A stretch of 64,000 nt of DNA from Candidatus Dormiibacterota bacterium (GCA_963709585.1 CAVPXI010000004.1:1-64000); one strand, 5' to 3'; shown: positions 7,310-18,475, numbered from the stretch's first letter. Notes: generated by a model not told the origin, from the sequence alone. Numbers and translations are program-made.

Positions 7310-8206
7310 TTGAATCCGGAGTGGTGTTTGGTGTCTGAAGAACGTGTGAAGCCTCGCAGCCTGTTCGTCGACGAGGCTATTGCGCTTGCACTCGAGAGCC
7401 GCTGGGCGGACGCGCTCGCCGTCAATCAGGCGCTGGTCGAGCGCCACGGTCCCGACGAGGACACGCTCAACCGGATCGGCAAGGCGCTGACCGAGCTCGG
7501 GCAGCGCGAGGAGGCGCTCGCCTCGTATTCGAGCTCGCTCCAGATCAACCCGCTCAACCTGATCGCGCAGAAGAACGTGCGCAAGCTCACGGCGATGCTC
7601 GAGAGCAAGAGCACCGCCGCCGGCTCCGCGGCAGCGATCGACGTCGAGCTTTTCACCGAGGAGCCCGGCAAGAGCGCGATCACGGTGCTGAGCGCGCCCT
7701 CGAAGTCGGCGACCGTATCGATCGCCCCAGGGGACGTGGTGGAGCTCTACCGGGAGGGGTCGACGCTCCGGGCTCAGACGTCGCGAGGGGTGTCGCTCGG
7801 CGAGGTGGACACCAAGATCGCCCGGCGCCTGGTGCCGCTGATGGAGACCGGCAACCGCTACTCGGCCGCGGTCGCCAGGCTGGAGGACGAGCGGGTCGAG
7901 ATCATCCTGCGCGAGACCTACCAGGCTTCGGAGAACGCCCGGAAGTCTTCCTTCCCGCTGGCCAAGGGCGGCCGGCGCGAGGAGTTCCGTCCTTACGCCA
8001 AGGATTCGCTGCTCTCAGCCCGCGAGATCGACTCGAGCCCGCTCGACGACGACGGTGACGAGATCGTCGGCCGACCGGCGGTCGACGATTCCGAGGACGA
8101 CCTTGGGGAGCTGGGGATGAGCACCTTCCAGTCCGACGCCGAGGAGACGCCGCCCGGAGCGGACAGCGAGGATGACGATGATTCCCGACCCGAGGACGAG
8201 TACTAG
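7310..8206 (+). CDS. TPR-repeat protein with acidic C-terminal tail
   Basis: TPR-like helices (NRIGKALTELG...EALASY...INPLNLIAQKN); Asp/Glu-rich tail; start may be 7331. Confidence 0.75.
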   Translation: MNPEWCLVSEERVKPRSLFVDEAIALALESRWADALAVNQALVERHGPDEDTLNRIGKALTELGQREEALASYSSSLQINPLNLIAQKNVRKLTAMLESKSTAAGSAAAIDVELFTEEPGKSAITVLSAPSKSATVSIAPGDVVELYREGSTLRAQTSRGVSLGEVDTKIARRLVPLMETGNRYSAAVARLEDERVEIILRETYQASENARKSSFPLAKGGRREEFRPYAKDSLLSAREIDSSPLDDDGDEIVGRPAVDDSEDDLGELGMSTFQSDAEETPPGADSEDDDDSRPEDEY

Positions 8207-10082
8207 CCCGGCGGATCCCAAGGGCCGCACCGTCTCCCACGAGCGGATCGACGGGTACCTTCCGATCGGGGCGTACGGGCTGATCGGCGACTGTCGGTCG
8301 GCTGCGCTGGTCGGGGTGGACGGCAGCATCGATTGGCTCTGCCTGCCCCGTTTCGACGACGATTCGCTCTTCGGGCGGATCCTCGACGCGGGCCGGGGTG
8401 GGAGCTGGCAACTCCACCCCGACGAGCCCCACCAGGTGCACCAGCGCTACCGAGACCGAACCAACCTCCTCGATACCGTCTTCGCGACCGGCACCGGCGT
8501 GGTGGTGGTGACCGATTTCATGCCTGTCGATGAGCACAGCGTCGTCCAGCACGCCAAACCGCACAACCACGCCCGAGTGATCCGCCTGGTCGAGTGTCTG
8601 GCGGGCGAGATGACCATGCATCACATCTTCGACCCGGCGCCCGGGTTTGCCCGCTTGCCAGTGACGCTCAGAGTCGAGGATAGGCAGCTCCACGCCGACG
8701 CGCAGAAGCTGCATCTGTGCCTCAGCTCGACGGTCGAGCTCGACGGTCCCGACGACACGTTTCTGCTCCGCGCCACCGATGCCGTGGCTTTCGCGCTCCA
8801 TACCGGGGTGGCCGGGCGCTGTCGGGCGAGAGCGTGGAGCGTCGAGCGAGCGCGTGCAGCGCTGCGCGAAAGCCAGCGCTACTGGTGGCGCTGGGTCGGG
8901 CAGGTCGACTACCACGGTCCGTACCAGGTACACGTCTGGCGATCGGCGCTGGCGCTGAAGCTCATGACCTATGCGCCGACTGGCCCGATCATTGCAGCGC
9001 CCACCACCAGCCTCCCCGAGGACATCGGCGGTGAGCGCAACTGGGACTACCGGTTCACATGGTTGCGCGACGCCGCGTTCACGCTCTACGCCTTCTTTCA
9101 ACTCGGCCTCACCGCCGAGGCGACGGCCTACTTCGACTGGCTGACTCACCGGCATCTCGCTGACCGAAAGTCGTCGGAAATTCCCAATCTCTTCGACCTG
9201 AGCGGACACGCGCACGCAACGGAGCACGTCCTCGATCACCTCGAGGGATACCGTGGATCGCGGCCGGTTCGCACCGGCAACGCCGCGGTCAATCAACTCC
9301 AGCTCGACGTCTACGGCGAGTTGCTCGACAGCGCCTACGTGTACGCCCGATTCGGTGGCGTTGTCAGCCAGACCCTGTGGGAGGAGCTCCGCAACATCGT
9401 CGAGATGGCGATCAGTCGGTGGGAGGAGCCCAACTCGTCGATCTGGGAGGTGCGCAGCGAGCGCAGGCAGTACGTCTACAGCAAGGTGATGTGCTGGGTC
9501 GCCGTCGATCGAGGCATACGAATCGCCGAGCGTTACGGGCTCGCGTACGACAGGGAGGCGTGGCGCCGGGTGCGGCTGCGCATGCACCGGACGATCACGT
9601 CGCGAGGATACTCGCAGCACCGCCACTCCTTCACCCAGGAGCTCGACAACGATGCGCTCGACGCGTCCATCCTGCGCATCAGCCAGGTGCGCTTTCTTGC
9701 CAGCAAGGATCCGCGCCTTCTCTCGACGGTACGCGCGATCGAGCAACACCTCGGCGAAGGCGTGCTCGTCAAGCGCTACCGCAGCGACGAGAGCGACGAC
9801 GGGCTCCGCGGCGAGGAAGGTGCGTTCTTCATGACCTCGTTCTGGCTGGTCGACGCGCTCGCCCACTGCGGTGATCTCGAGCACGCGGAGCGCCGCTTCG
9901 AACGACTGCTCAACTTCAGCTCCCCTCTCGGGCTGTTCTCCGAGGAGGTGGACGTGCGCACGGGGGAACTGCTCGGGAACTTCCCGCAGGCATTCACGCA
10001 TCTCGCCCTGGTTGGCGCGGCCGTGAACATCGAACGCGCCCGGCAGCGCTCGCTCGGCGTCAAAGGTTTGCGCCGCCGCTGA
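8172..10082 (+). CDS. Glycoside hydrolase family 15 (trehalase/glucoamylase-like)
   Basis: IGDCRSAALV, AAPTTSLPE, RNWDYRFTWLRD, QLDVYGE, GNFPQAFTH motifs. Confidence 0.95.
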   Translation: MTMIPDPRTSTSPADPKGRTVSHERIDGYLPIGAYGLIGDCRSAALVGVDGSIDWLCLPRFDDDSLFGRILDAGRGGSWQLHPDEPHQVHQRYRDRTNLLDTVFATGTGVVVVTDFMPVDEHSVVQHAKPHNHARVIRLVECLAGEMTMHHIFDPAPGFARLPVTLRVEDRQLHADAQKLHLCLSSTVELDGPDDTFLLRATDAVAFALHTGVAGRCRARAWSVERARAALRESQRYWWRWVGQVDYHGPYQVHVWRSALALKLMTYAPTGPIIAAPTTSLPEDIGGERNWDYRFTWLRDAAFTLYAFFQLGLTAEATAYFDWLTHRHLADRKSSEIPNLFDLSGHAHATEHVLDHLEGYRGSRPVRTGNAAVNQLQLDVYGELLDSAYVYARFGGVVSQTLWEELRNIVEMAISRWEEPNSSIWEVRSERRQYVYSKVMCWVAVDRGIRIAERYGLAYDREAWRRVRLRMHRTITSRGYSQHRHSFTQELDNDALDASILRISQVRFLASKDPRLLSTVRAIEQHLGEGVLVKRYRSDESDDGLRGEEGAFFMTSFWLVDALAHCGDLEHAERRFERLLNFSSPLGLFSEEVDVRTGELLGNFPQAFTHLALVGAAVNIERARQRSLGVKGLRRR

Positions 10083-10099
10083 GGCAGTCGAGCTCCGAC

Positions 10100-10129
10100 T
10101 GCATAAGTATGCAGCCTAGACCGTATACT
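10100..10129 (+). promoter_or_regulatory. ARG box (ArgR operator) and -10 element of the arg operon
   Basis: Palindrome TGCATAAGTATGCA at 10100-10113; TATACT at 10124-10129, 8 nt before argC ATG. Confidence 0.85.
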
Positions 10130-10137
10130 GCTCGGCG

Positions 10138-11163
10138 ATGACGCCCACGACACCGCTTCGCGCTGCCGTCGCCGGTTCCACCGGCTACATCGGGATGCAG
10201 TGCACGGCCCTGCTCGCGGGTCATCCCAATGTCGAGCTGACCCGCGTGCTCGGGCGCAGCAGCGCCGGCAAACGCTACTCCGACGTGGTCCCCGGGAGCT
10301 CCGTCGATCTGATCATCGAGGACAGCCTCGACCCCGGCCCCGCCGACCTGGTGATGGCCGCGTTGCCTCACACCGTCGCGGCGGCACTGGCGCCCGGGTG
10401 GCTCGCGGGTGGCGCGACCGTCATCGACTGCTCCGCCGACTTCCGGCTCCACGATGCGGCCTCCTATCAACGCTGGTACGGGGTCGAGCATCCCGCGCCG
10501 GACCTGCTCGGTGAGGCCGTGTACGCCATGGTCGAGCTCGAGCGCGAGCGGCTGGTGAGCGCCAACCTGATCTCGGTGCCCGGGTGCTACCCGACCGCCA
10601 CCCTGCTCGCCTGCGTCCCGGCGCTGCGTGCCGGGTTGATCGAGCCCGACATCATCGTCGACGCCAAGAGTGGGGTCAGCGGCGCGGGGCGCGAGGCGAA
10701 GGTTGCCAATCTCTTCTCCGAGGTCAACGAGTCGGTGCACGCCTACGGCGTTGCAGGCCATCGACACAAGTCCGAGATGCTCGAGCAGCTGCGCGACGCG
10801 GCGCACGGCGATGTCCGGCTCACATTCGTGCCCCACCTGATCCCGATGACTCGCGGCATCTTGGCCACGGCGTATCTCCGCCCCCGACCGGGCGTGAGCG
10901 CGGCGCACTTCCAGGAGCTGTACGCGACCTTCTGCGCCAGCAGCCCGTTTCTCGACCACGTGCCCACACCCCCGGCGACCAAGAGCGTCACCGGGACCAA
11001 CCGCGCGGCCATCCATGCCGGCTGGCAGGACGGCATGGTGGTCGTCACCGTTGCGATCGACAACCTTGGCAAGGGTGGCGGGGGCCAGGCGGTGCACGCG
11101 ATGAACATTCGCTTCGGGTTCGACGAGACGGCCGGGCTGGAGTCCCGTGTCCTGTGGCCGTGA
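10138..11163 (+). CDS. argC: N-acetyl-gamma-glutamyl-phosphate reductase
   Basis: GSTGYIG, PGCYPT, SGVSGAGR, DNLGKG motifs. Confidence 0.97.
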   Translation: MTPTTPLRAAVAGSTGYIGMQCTALLAGHPNVELTRVLGRSSAGKRYSDVVPGSSVDLIIEDSLDPGPADLVMAALPHTVAAALAPGWLAGGATVIDCSADFRLHDAASYQRWYGVEHPAPDLLGEAVYAMVELERERLVSANLISVPGCYPTATLLACVPALRAGLIEPDIIVDAKSGVSGAGREAKVANLFSEVNESVHAYGVAGHRHKSEMLEQLRDAAHGDVRLTFVPHLIPMTRGILATAYLRPRPGVSAAHFQELYATFCASSPFLDHVPTPPATKSVTGTNRAAIHAGWQDGMVVVTVAIDNLGKGGGGQAVHAMNIRFGFDETAGLESRVLWP

Positions 11164-12390
11164 GCGCGCCGGTCGCCGAGCAGACCCGGGCGGGGGTCTG
11201 CGCGCCGCTCGGCTTCCGCGCCGGGGTCGCCGCAGCCGGCATCCGCGGCGATGGGGACGACGCCCGCACCGACGTGGCGGTGTTCCGGTCGGATACACCG
11301 GCGACCGCCGCTGGCGTCTTCACGCGCAACACCGTCAAGGCGGCACCGGTGGTGATCTCGCAGCTCACGCTGCGTCGCGGGACGCCCATCTCCGCGGTCG
11401 TCGTGAACGCCGGCAACGCCAACGCGTGCACCGGCGCGCAGGGATTCCGTGACGCCCTCGTCATGTGTACCGCCGCCGGTGACGCGCTCGATCTCGACCC
11501 CGGCGATGTGCTTGTGTGCAGCACCGGGGTGATCGGGCGGGCGATGCCGATGGACCGTGTTGTGCGGGGTATTCGTGCCGCGGCGCTGGCGATGTCGCCT
11601 GCGGCCGGCGGCGATGTGGCGCGCGCGATCATGACCACCGACACGGTCGCCAAGGTTGCGGAGGCGACGTTCAGCGCGGACGGCGTGACCTACACCATCG
11701 GCGGCACCGCCAAGGGCGCAGGGATGCTCCACCCTGACATGGCCACGCTGCTCGCCTTCATCACCACCGACGCACCCATCGACGCGACCGTGCTCCAGCC
11801 GGCGCTGTCACGCGTGACCGACAGCACCTTCAACTGCGTCACCGTCGACGGGGATACGTCGACCAACGACTTCGTGCATCCTGCTCGCCAACGGCGCGGC
11901 GGGCGGTGCGCTGTTCGCCGAGGGCTCGAGTGCGGCGGCGGCATTCGAGCTCGCGCTGCTTGCGGTCTGCGACTCGCTCGCCGAGCAACTCGTCGCCGAT
12001 GCCGAGGGCGCGACTCGCCACTTTCGCGTCGCCGTGGACGGCGCCGCGGACGCGGATCAGGCGCGCATCGCCGCGCGCGTCGTCGCCCAGAGCCCGCTGG
12101 TCAAAACCGCGATCCATGGCGGTGACCCCAATTGGGGCCGCATCGTCGCCGCCCTGGGGCGAAGTGGAGCACAGTTCACGCTCGATCGCTGCCGGGTCGC
12201 CATCGGCGGCCTCGTCGTGTTCGATCGTGGCGCTCCCGAGCCGGTCGACGCCGAACGGATCCGGATCGCGCTCTCCCACCCGCGCGTCGACATCGCCATC
12301 GACCTCGGTGCGGGCGACGGCGCGGGTCACGCCTGGGGCTGCGATCTCTCCGCGGAATACGTGCACATCAACGCCGACTACACCACCTGA
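11160..12390 (+). CDS. argJ: Ornithine acetyltransferase (frameshift near 11871, likely sequencing indel)
   Basis: [33 protein letters not shown], then shifted frame [17 protein letters not shown]...[10 protein letters not shown]. Confidence 0.93.
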
Positions 12391-12414
12391 TACGGAGCAA
12401 TCACCACAACCACC

Positions 12415-13287
12415 ATGCCTGAACAGACCATCGACGAACGGATCCATCGCGCCGAGGTGCTCATCGAAGCACTGCCGTACATCAAGCGCTTCGCCGGCCA
12501 CATCCTGGTCATCAAGGTCGGCGGCGCCGCCGGTGCCGCGGCCGACCTCGATGCGATCCTGGAGGACGTCGTGCTCCTGCGGTTCGTCGGCATGCGGCCG
12601 GTCATCGTGCATGGCGGCGGATCGGAGATCAGCGCGTGGCAGGAGCGGATGGGCATCGAGACAAAGTTCGTGAACGGGCTCCGGGTCACCGATGCGCCGA
12701 CGATGGAGATCGCCAAGATGGTGTTGACCGGCAAGATCGGACCCGACATCGTCGCGCGCATCCACACGCTCGGAGCGGGAGCGATCGGGCTGTCCGGTGA
12801 GGATGGGCCGACGCTGCTGGTGCGCCCGCGATCGGACGCGGGTGGGGCGGATCTCGGCTTCGTCGGCGACGTCGCCCAGGTCAACGCCGAACCGCTGATG
12901 GCCATCCTCGATCAGGGGCGCATCCCCGTGATGGCGTCGATCGGGCTCGGCTACGACGGCCAGGCCTACAACGTGAACGCGGACACCGTCGCCGCCGAGC
13001 TCGCGGTCGCGCTGCACGCCAGCAAGCTCATCCTCATGACCGACGTCGAGGGTGTCTGCGACGCCGGCGGCGCGCTGATCAGCGAGCTCGACGCCGCGCG
13101 CGGCCGCGAGCTGCTTGGCGCGGGTGTCATCCGCGACGGGATGATCCCCAAGGTCGAAGCGGCGATCAGGGCCACCGACAGCGGGTGCGCGACCCACATC
13201 ATCGACGCCCGCCTGCCGCACGCACTGCTGCTCGAATTGCTGACCGAGCGCGGAATCGGAACCATGCTCACCCAAACGGGCGCATGA
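12415..13287 (+). CDS. argB: Acetylglutamate kinase
   Basis: EALPYI, VHGGG, GLRVTD, NVNAD, GMIPK. Confidence 0.97.
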   Translation: MPEQTIDERIHRAEVLIEALPYIKRFAGHILVIKVGGAAGAAADLDAILEDVVLLRFVGMRPVIVHGGGSEISAWQERMGIETKFVNGLRVTDAPTMEIAKMVLTGKIGPDIVARIHTLGAGAIGLSGEDGPTLLVRPRSDAGGADLGFVGDVAQVNAEPLMAILDQGRIPVMASIGLGYDGQAYNVNADTVAAELAVALHASKLILMTDVEGVCDAGGALISELDAARGRELLGAGVIRDGMIPKVEAAIRATDSGCATHIIDARLPHALLLELLTERGIGTMLTQTGA

Positions 13288-14513
13288 GCGCGCCCGCCGT
13301 GTCCACGGCCACAGGCTCGATCGCCGATCGCGCCAACGCGGTGCTCATGGACACGTATCAGCGCCAGCCGATCGCATTGCGCAGCGGCCACGGCATCTGG
13401 GTCACCGCCGACGACGGGCGTGAGTATCTCGATCTCGTCGCCGGCATCGCGGTGAACATCCTCGGCCACAATCACCCGGCGCTGCGACAGGCGATCGCCG
13501 ACCAGGCGTCGACGCTGATGCACACCAGCAACCTCTACTACACGGAACCGCAACTCGAGCTTGCCGAGCTGCTGATCGCGTCGGCGTTTCCGTCGCGGGT
13601 GTTCTTCTGCAACAGCGGCGCCGAGGCCAACGAGGGTGCCATCAAGCTGGCCCGCAAGTGGGGCAAGCTGCACCGCGACGGCGCGCACGTCGTCGTCTGC
13701 GCGCAGGGCGCCTTTCACGGACGCACCATGGGCGCGCTCGCGGCAACCGCGAACACTCGCTACCGCAAGCCGTTCGAACCGCTACCGAAGGGCTTCGTGC
13801 ACGTCCCCTACGACGACCTCGGCGCGCTCGAGCAGTCGATCGACGGCGCGACCTGCGCGGTGATGCTCGAGCCGATCGAGGGCGAGAGCGGCGTGATCCC
13901 GCTCGAGCCGGGCCGGCTCGCCGCGATCCGCCGGCTGTGCGACGAGCGCAACGTGCTGCTCATCCTCGACGAGGTCCAGACCGGGATGGGGCGGACGGGT
14001 CGCTGGTGGGCACATCAGCACGAGGCGGCGGCGCCGGACGTGATGACCGTGGCCAAGGCGCTCGGCGGCGGCGTCCCCATCGGCGCGATCCTGGCCGCGC
14101 CTCGCGCCGACGTCTTCGAACCCGGTGATCATGGCTCCACGTTTGGGGGCGGCCCGCTGGCATGCGCGGCCGCGATCGCGGTGATGCGGACCGTGGACGG
14201 GCTGGGCCTCGTCGAGCATGCCGGCGAAGTCGGTGACTACCTGGCTGAATCGGTGAGCGCGCTGGCGGACCGCGGCGCGCCGATCGCGGGCGTGCGCGGC
14301 CGGGGCCTGATGCTGGGGATCGCGCTGAGCCGCGATGTCGGCCGCGCTGTCGCCGCCGCCGCGCTGGACCGGGGTCTGATCGTCAACGCCATCGGCGATC
14401 GCACGCTCCGGCTGGTGCCCGCATTGATCATCACCCGCGACGAGGTCGACGAGGCTGTGCTGCGCTTGAGCAGTGCCTTCGATTCCGTGGCGGCACCCGG
14501 CGGAGACGCATGA
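13284..14513 (+). CDS. argD: Acetylornithine aminotransferase
   Basis: NSGAEANE, FHGRT, DEVQTGMGRTG, AKALGGG, HGSTFGG. Confidence 0.95.
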   Translation: MSAPAVSTATGSIADRANAVLMDTYQRQPIALRSGHGIWVTADDGREYLDLVAGIAVNILGHNHPALRQAIADQASTLMHTSNLYYTEPQLELAELLIASAFPSRVFFCNSGAEANEGAIKLARKWGKLHRDGAHVVVCAQGAFHGRTMGALAATANTRYRKPFEPLPKGFVHVPYDDLGALEQSIDGATCAVMLEPIEGESGVIPLEPGRLAAIRRLCDERNVLLILDEVQTGMGRTGRWWAHQHEAAAPDVMTVAKALGGGVPIGAILAAPRADVFEPGDHGSTFGGGPLACAAAIAVMRTVDGLGLVEHAGEVGDYLAESVSALADRGAPIAGVRGRGLMLGIALSRDVGRAVAAAALDRGLIVNAIGDRTLRLVPALIITRDEVDEAVLRLSSAFDSVAAPGGDA

Positions 14514-15007
14514 GCGCGAGCGCCGCGCGTCAGATCGGTCCGGCGGCGAAGCCCGCGCGACACCGTGCCATCCTGGCGTTGGTTCGCGGTGGTGTCATCC
14601 GCACCCAGGAGGACCTTGTGGATGAGTTGCATCGCAGACGCTTCCCGGTCACGCAGGCGACGGTGAGTCGCGATATCCGCGAGCTCGGCCTGCTCCGAGT
14701 CCACGACGACGCGGGGCCGCGGTACATGGCCCCGGTCGCCGAGCTCGACGTCGAGCAGACCATGCAGCGATTGCGCAACGCGATCCGCGAGCACGTCCAG
14801 GCGATCGAGTTCGTCGACCTGTTCGGCATCGTGCACACCGCACCAGGATGCGCGCCGCTGGTCGGCGGTGCACTCGACGGGTCCCGGTTCGAGGAGGTCG
14901 CCGGTACCATCGCCGGGGATGACACGGTGCTCGTGATCGCGCGATCGCGACCGGCGGCACAACGTCTCCTGCTCCGCCTCAACTCGATGTCCGAGGGGGA
15001 CGCTTGA
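14510..15007 (+). CDS. argR: Arginine repressor
   Basis: TQATVSRDIREL and GTIAGDDT motifs. Confidence 0.97.
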   Translation: MSASAARQIGPAAKPARHRAILALVRGGVIRTQEDLVDELHRRRFPVTQATVSRDIRELGLLRVHDDAGPRYMAPVAELDVEQTMQRLRNAIREHVQAIEFVDLFGIVHTAPGCAPLVGGALDGSRFEEVAGTIAGDDTVLVIARSRPAAQRLLLRLNSMSEGDA

Positions 15008-16254
15008 GTACGCGCCAACGCTGCGTGCTCGCCTACAGCGGCGGCCTGGACACATCGGTGGCGATCCGATGGCTGCAGGAGGAGCTCGGCTACGACGTCA
15101 TCACGCTCACCGCGGATCTCGGCGAGTTGAAGGATGTCGACACGGTCGCGACACGCGCACTGCGCACCGGTGCGCTCAGCGCGCACGTCGCCGATGCGCG
15201 CCGCGTGTTCGTCGACGCCTTTTGCTTCCCAACCCTCGCGGCCGGGGCGGTCTACGAGGGGGTCTATCCGCTCGCGACCGCGCTGGCGCGCCCGCTGATC
15301 GCCAAGTTGCTGGTCGACGTCGCCCGCGAGGAGGGCGCGAGCGCGGTCGCGCACGGATGCACCGGCAAGGGCAACGACCAGGTACGTTTCGACGTCGCCG
15401 TCGGTGCGCTCGCCCCCGAGCTCCGCGTGGTCGCGCCGGTTCGCGACTGGGACATGGGGCGCCCGCAGGAGCTCGAGTACGCAGCCGAACACGGCATCGA
15501 GGTCCCGGTCACCAAGTCCTCCCCGTATTCGGTGGACGCGAACCTCTGGGGTCGGAGCATCGAGACCGGCGTGCTCGAGGACCCGTGGATCGAACCCCCC
15601 GACGACGTCTTCGAGTGGACCGCGCGCGAGCCCGTCGCAGGCGTCGTCGTGGAGATCGGGTTCGAGCGCGGTGTCCCGGTGTCGCTCGACGGCCGCCGCC
15701 TCGAGGGTGATCGCCTGGTCGCGGAGCTCAACACGACCGCAGGGGCACGCGGCATCGGTCGCATCGACCACGTCGAGAACCGCCTTGTCGGCATCAAGTC
15801 TCGCGAGGTGTACGAGGCACCGGCGGCGGTCACCCTGCACGCGGCGCATCACGCGCTCGAGAGCCTGACGATCACGCGCGACGTCGCGCGCTTCCAGCGC
15901 ATCGTCGCCGACGAGTGGGCGCGACTCGTGTACGACGGCCTCTGGTTCTCGGCGCTGCGTACGGCGCTCGACGCCTTCGTCCAGGAGACTCAGGTGCACG
16001 TGACCGGTGTGGTCCGGATGCGCCTCCAGGACGGCGCTGCCCAGGTCGTCGGCCGGCGCGCCGAGCGATCCCTGTACAGCAATAACCTCGCGACCTACGA
16101 TCGGGTCAGCGACACCTTCGACCATGCGGCGGCGCGCGGCTTCATCGAATTGTTCGGCCTGCCGCTGCGCACCCAGACGCGTGTGCAAGGGTCGCTCGAG
16201 GACACGGCGCCGCTCCACGTCCAGCGGCGTACCACGCGACGTGGCGACGCCTGA
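15004..16254 (+). CDS. argG: Argininosuccinate synthase
   Basis: AYSGGLDTS, HGCTGKGNDQVRF, ENRLVGIKSREVYE. Confidence 0.98.
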   Translation: MSTRQRCVLAYSGGLDTSVAIRWLQEELGYDVITLTADLGELKDVDTVATRALRTGALSAHVADARRVFVDAFCFPTLAAGAVYEGVYPLATALARPLIAKLLVDVAREEGASAVAHGCTGKGNDQVRFDVAVGALAPELRVVAPVRDWDMGRPQELEYAAEHGIEVPVTKSSPYSVDANLWGRSIETGVLEDPWIEPPDDVFEWTAREPVAGVVVEIGFERGVPVSLDGRRLEGDRLVAELNTTAGARGIGRIDHVENRLVGIKSREVYEAPAAVTLHAAHHALESLTITRDVARFQRIVADEWARLVYDGLWFSALRTALDAFVQETQVHVTGVVRMRLQDGAAQVVGRRAERSLYSNNLATYDRVSDTFDHAAARGFIELFGLPLRTQTRVQGSLEDTAPLHVQRRTTRRGDA

Positions 16255-17680
16255 TCGGCTGGCGCGCGGCGGTGCGCGCGCACCCAAGGTGTGGGCCGGA
16301 CGTCTGAGCGCGCCGACTTCCGAACGAGTGGAGCGGTACACCTCGAGCCTCGCCGTCGATCGACGTCTCGGCGCCGACGACGTTGCGGGCTCACGCGCCC
16401 ACGCGCGCATGCTGCGCAGCATCGGCGTGCTCACCGTCGCGCAGCATCGCGCCATCGACGCGGGACTGCGCGCCATCGCCGCCGAACTCTCCGGCGATGT
16501 CTTTGCGGCGTCGCCGGGCGACGAGGACATCCACACAGCGGTGGAGCGCCGGCTCTTCGAGCTCGCCGGACCGATCGCAGGCATGCTCCACACCGGGCGA
16601 AGCCGCAACGACCAGGTCGCAACCGATCTGCGCATGTGGGCACGGCGCGCGTGCGCCGATCTCCTGGTCGAACTTGCAGGTGTGCAAGAGGCGTTGCTGG
16701 CCCGCGCCGCCGAGCATCGAACCGCGCCGATGCCCGGATACACCCACCTGCAGCGCGCCCAGGTGGTGTCGCTCGCGCATCACCTGCTCGCCTACGTGGA
16801 GATGTTCGCCCGAGACGCGCTCCGCCTCGGCGCGGCGCGGCTCGCCTGCGACGAGCTTCCCCTCGGCAGCGGCGCGCTCGCCGGGTCCACGCTGCCGCTC
16901 GACCGCCAGCGCGTGGCTGACGAGCTCGGCTTCGGTCGCATCGCCGCCAACAGCATGGACGCGGTCGCCGACCGCGATTTTGCGGTCGAGATCACCGCCG
17001 CCTGCGCGCTGACCATGGTCCACTGCTCCCGCCTCGCCGAGGAACTGGTGCTCTGGTCGAGTGCCGAGTTCGGGTTCGCGAGCCTTCCCGACAGCCACGC
17101 CACCGGATCGTCGTTGATGCCGCAGAAGAAGAACGCCGACGTCGCCGAGCTCGCCCGGGGGAGAAGCGGACGGGTCATCGGGGACGTGGTCGCGCTGCTC
17201 ACCGTCCTCAAAGGGCTGCCGCTCACCTACAACCGCGACCTCCAGGAGGACAAGGAGCCGCTCTTCGACTCGGTGGACACCACCGCGGCCACGCTGCGGA
17301 TGCTCACCGAGGTCATCACCGTCGTGCATTTCGATGTCGGCGCCATGCGCCGGGCGGCGTCCGATCCGGCGCTCCAGGCCACCGATGTTGCTGAGCACCT
17401 CGTCGCCAACGGCGTGCCCTTCCGCGAGGCGCACACCATCGTCGGCGCGCTGGTGGCGGAGACCGTCGACGCGGGGCGGACGCTCGCCGACCTGGACCTC
17501 GGCGAGTGGCGGGCTGCATCCGATCACTTCGCCCCGACGGTCGTCGATCTCTTCGATCCCGATTCAGCGCTCCGCCGCCGCGACGTTCCGGGAGGACCCG
17601 GACCAAGGTCGGTGGGCAGGCAGCTCACCCGTGCACGGGCGCTGGTGGCGCGCACGCGAAGAGCCGCCGCCGGCGGCTGA
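16241..17680 (+). CDS. argH: Argininosuccinate lyase
   Basis: HTGRSRNDQ, GYTHLQ, GSSLMPQKKN, YNRDLQEDKE. Confidence 0.97.
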   Translation: MATPDRLARGGARAPKVWAGRLSAPTSERVERYTSSLAVDRRLGADDVAGSRAHARMLRSIGVLTVAQHRAIDAGLRAIAAELSGDVFAASPGDEDIHTAVERRLFELAGPIAGMLHTGRSRNDQVATDLRMWARRACADLLVELAGVQEALLARAAEHRTAPMPGYTHLQRAQVVSLAHHLLAYVEMFARDALRLGAARLACDELPLGSGALAGSTLPLDRQRVADELGFGRIAANSMDAVADRDFAVEITAACALTMVHCSRLAEELVLWSSAEFGFASLPDSHATGSSLMPQKKNADVAELARGRSGRVIGDVVALLTVLKGLPLTYNRDLQEDKEPLFDSVDTTAATLRMLTEVITVVHFDVGAMRRAASDPALQATDVAEHLVANGVPFREAHTIVGALVAETVDAGRTLADLDLGEWRAASDHFAPTVVDLFDPDSALRRRDVPGGPGPRSVGRQLTRARALVARTRRAAAGG

Positions 17681-17695
17681 CCGTATCCTGAGAGC

Positions 17696-18475
17696 GTGAC
17701 CCGGGACACCCTGATCGTCGGCGACGTCCAGGGTGACGTCGACCGGCTCAAGGAGGCGCTCGAGCCGTACCCCGAGGACGATGTCGACACCATCTTCCTG
17801 GGTGACTTCTTCCAGGGGGGCGAGCCCGGCGCCGGCGGCGGTGCAGCGGCGGCGAAACTCGCGATGAGCCGTCGCAACGCGCGTTCGGTGCTCGGCAACC
17901 ACGATCTCTTCCTGCTGGTCATCCTCGAGCGCTCGCGTGGCGCCGACGAGCTCGGTGCCTGGCGAACGCGCGACGGGCTCAGCATGGAGGACCTCTGGCT
18001 GAGCCGTCGTGGCGACTGGGCGGACCTGAGCGCCGTCGCGGCGGATGCGCAGCTCGAGGACTGGCTGCGAGCGCTCCCGTTCCTCGTCGAGCTCGAGGAC
18101 GGCACCCTCGCCCAGCACACCGACGACGACCGGTACGCGGAGATCGGCGACACCGTCGACGCGGTCAATGGCGCGGTGCGAGCCTGGCTCGAAACCACCG
18201 GCGGAGCCTTCCAGGCCCTGCGTTACACGATCGGGCGGCACGGCTTCGACGACCCCGAGCGGTTGCGCCGATATCTCGAGCACTTCGGCGTCCGGCGCGT
18301 CGTCCACGGGCACACGCCGCACTGGGACGAGGTACCGATCTCCGTGCACGGCGGCCTCGCCGTCGGGTACGACGGGCGGTTCTCGCGGTTCTGGGGACGA
18401 GCCGAGGGCGAGGAGCCGGGCCCGATCGGCGCGACCGTCGCCCTGCTGCCGCCGCTCCCCGTCGGCGCCGGGTGA
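17696..18475 (+). CDS. Calcineurin-like metallophosphoesterase
   Basis: GDVQG, LGD, LGNHD, HGHTP motifs. Confidence 0.85.
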   Translation: MTRDTLIVGDVQGDVDRLKEALEPYPEDDVDTIFLGDFFQGGEPGAGGGAAAAKLAMSRRNARSVLGNHDLFLLVILERSRGADELGAWRTRDGLSMEDLWLSRRGDWADLSAVAADAQLEDWLRALPFLVELEDGTLAQHTDDDRYAEIGDTVDAVNGAVRAWLETTGGAFQALRYTIGRHGFDDPERLRRYLEHFGVRRVVHGHTPHWDEVPISVHGGLAVGYDGRFSRFWGRAEGEEPGPIGATVALLPPLPVGAG

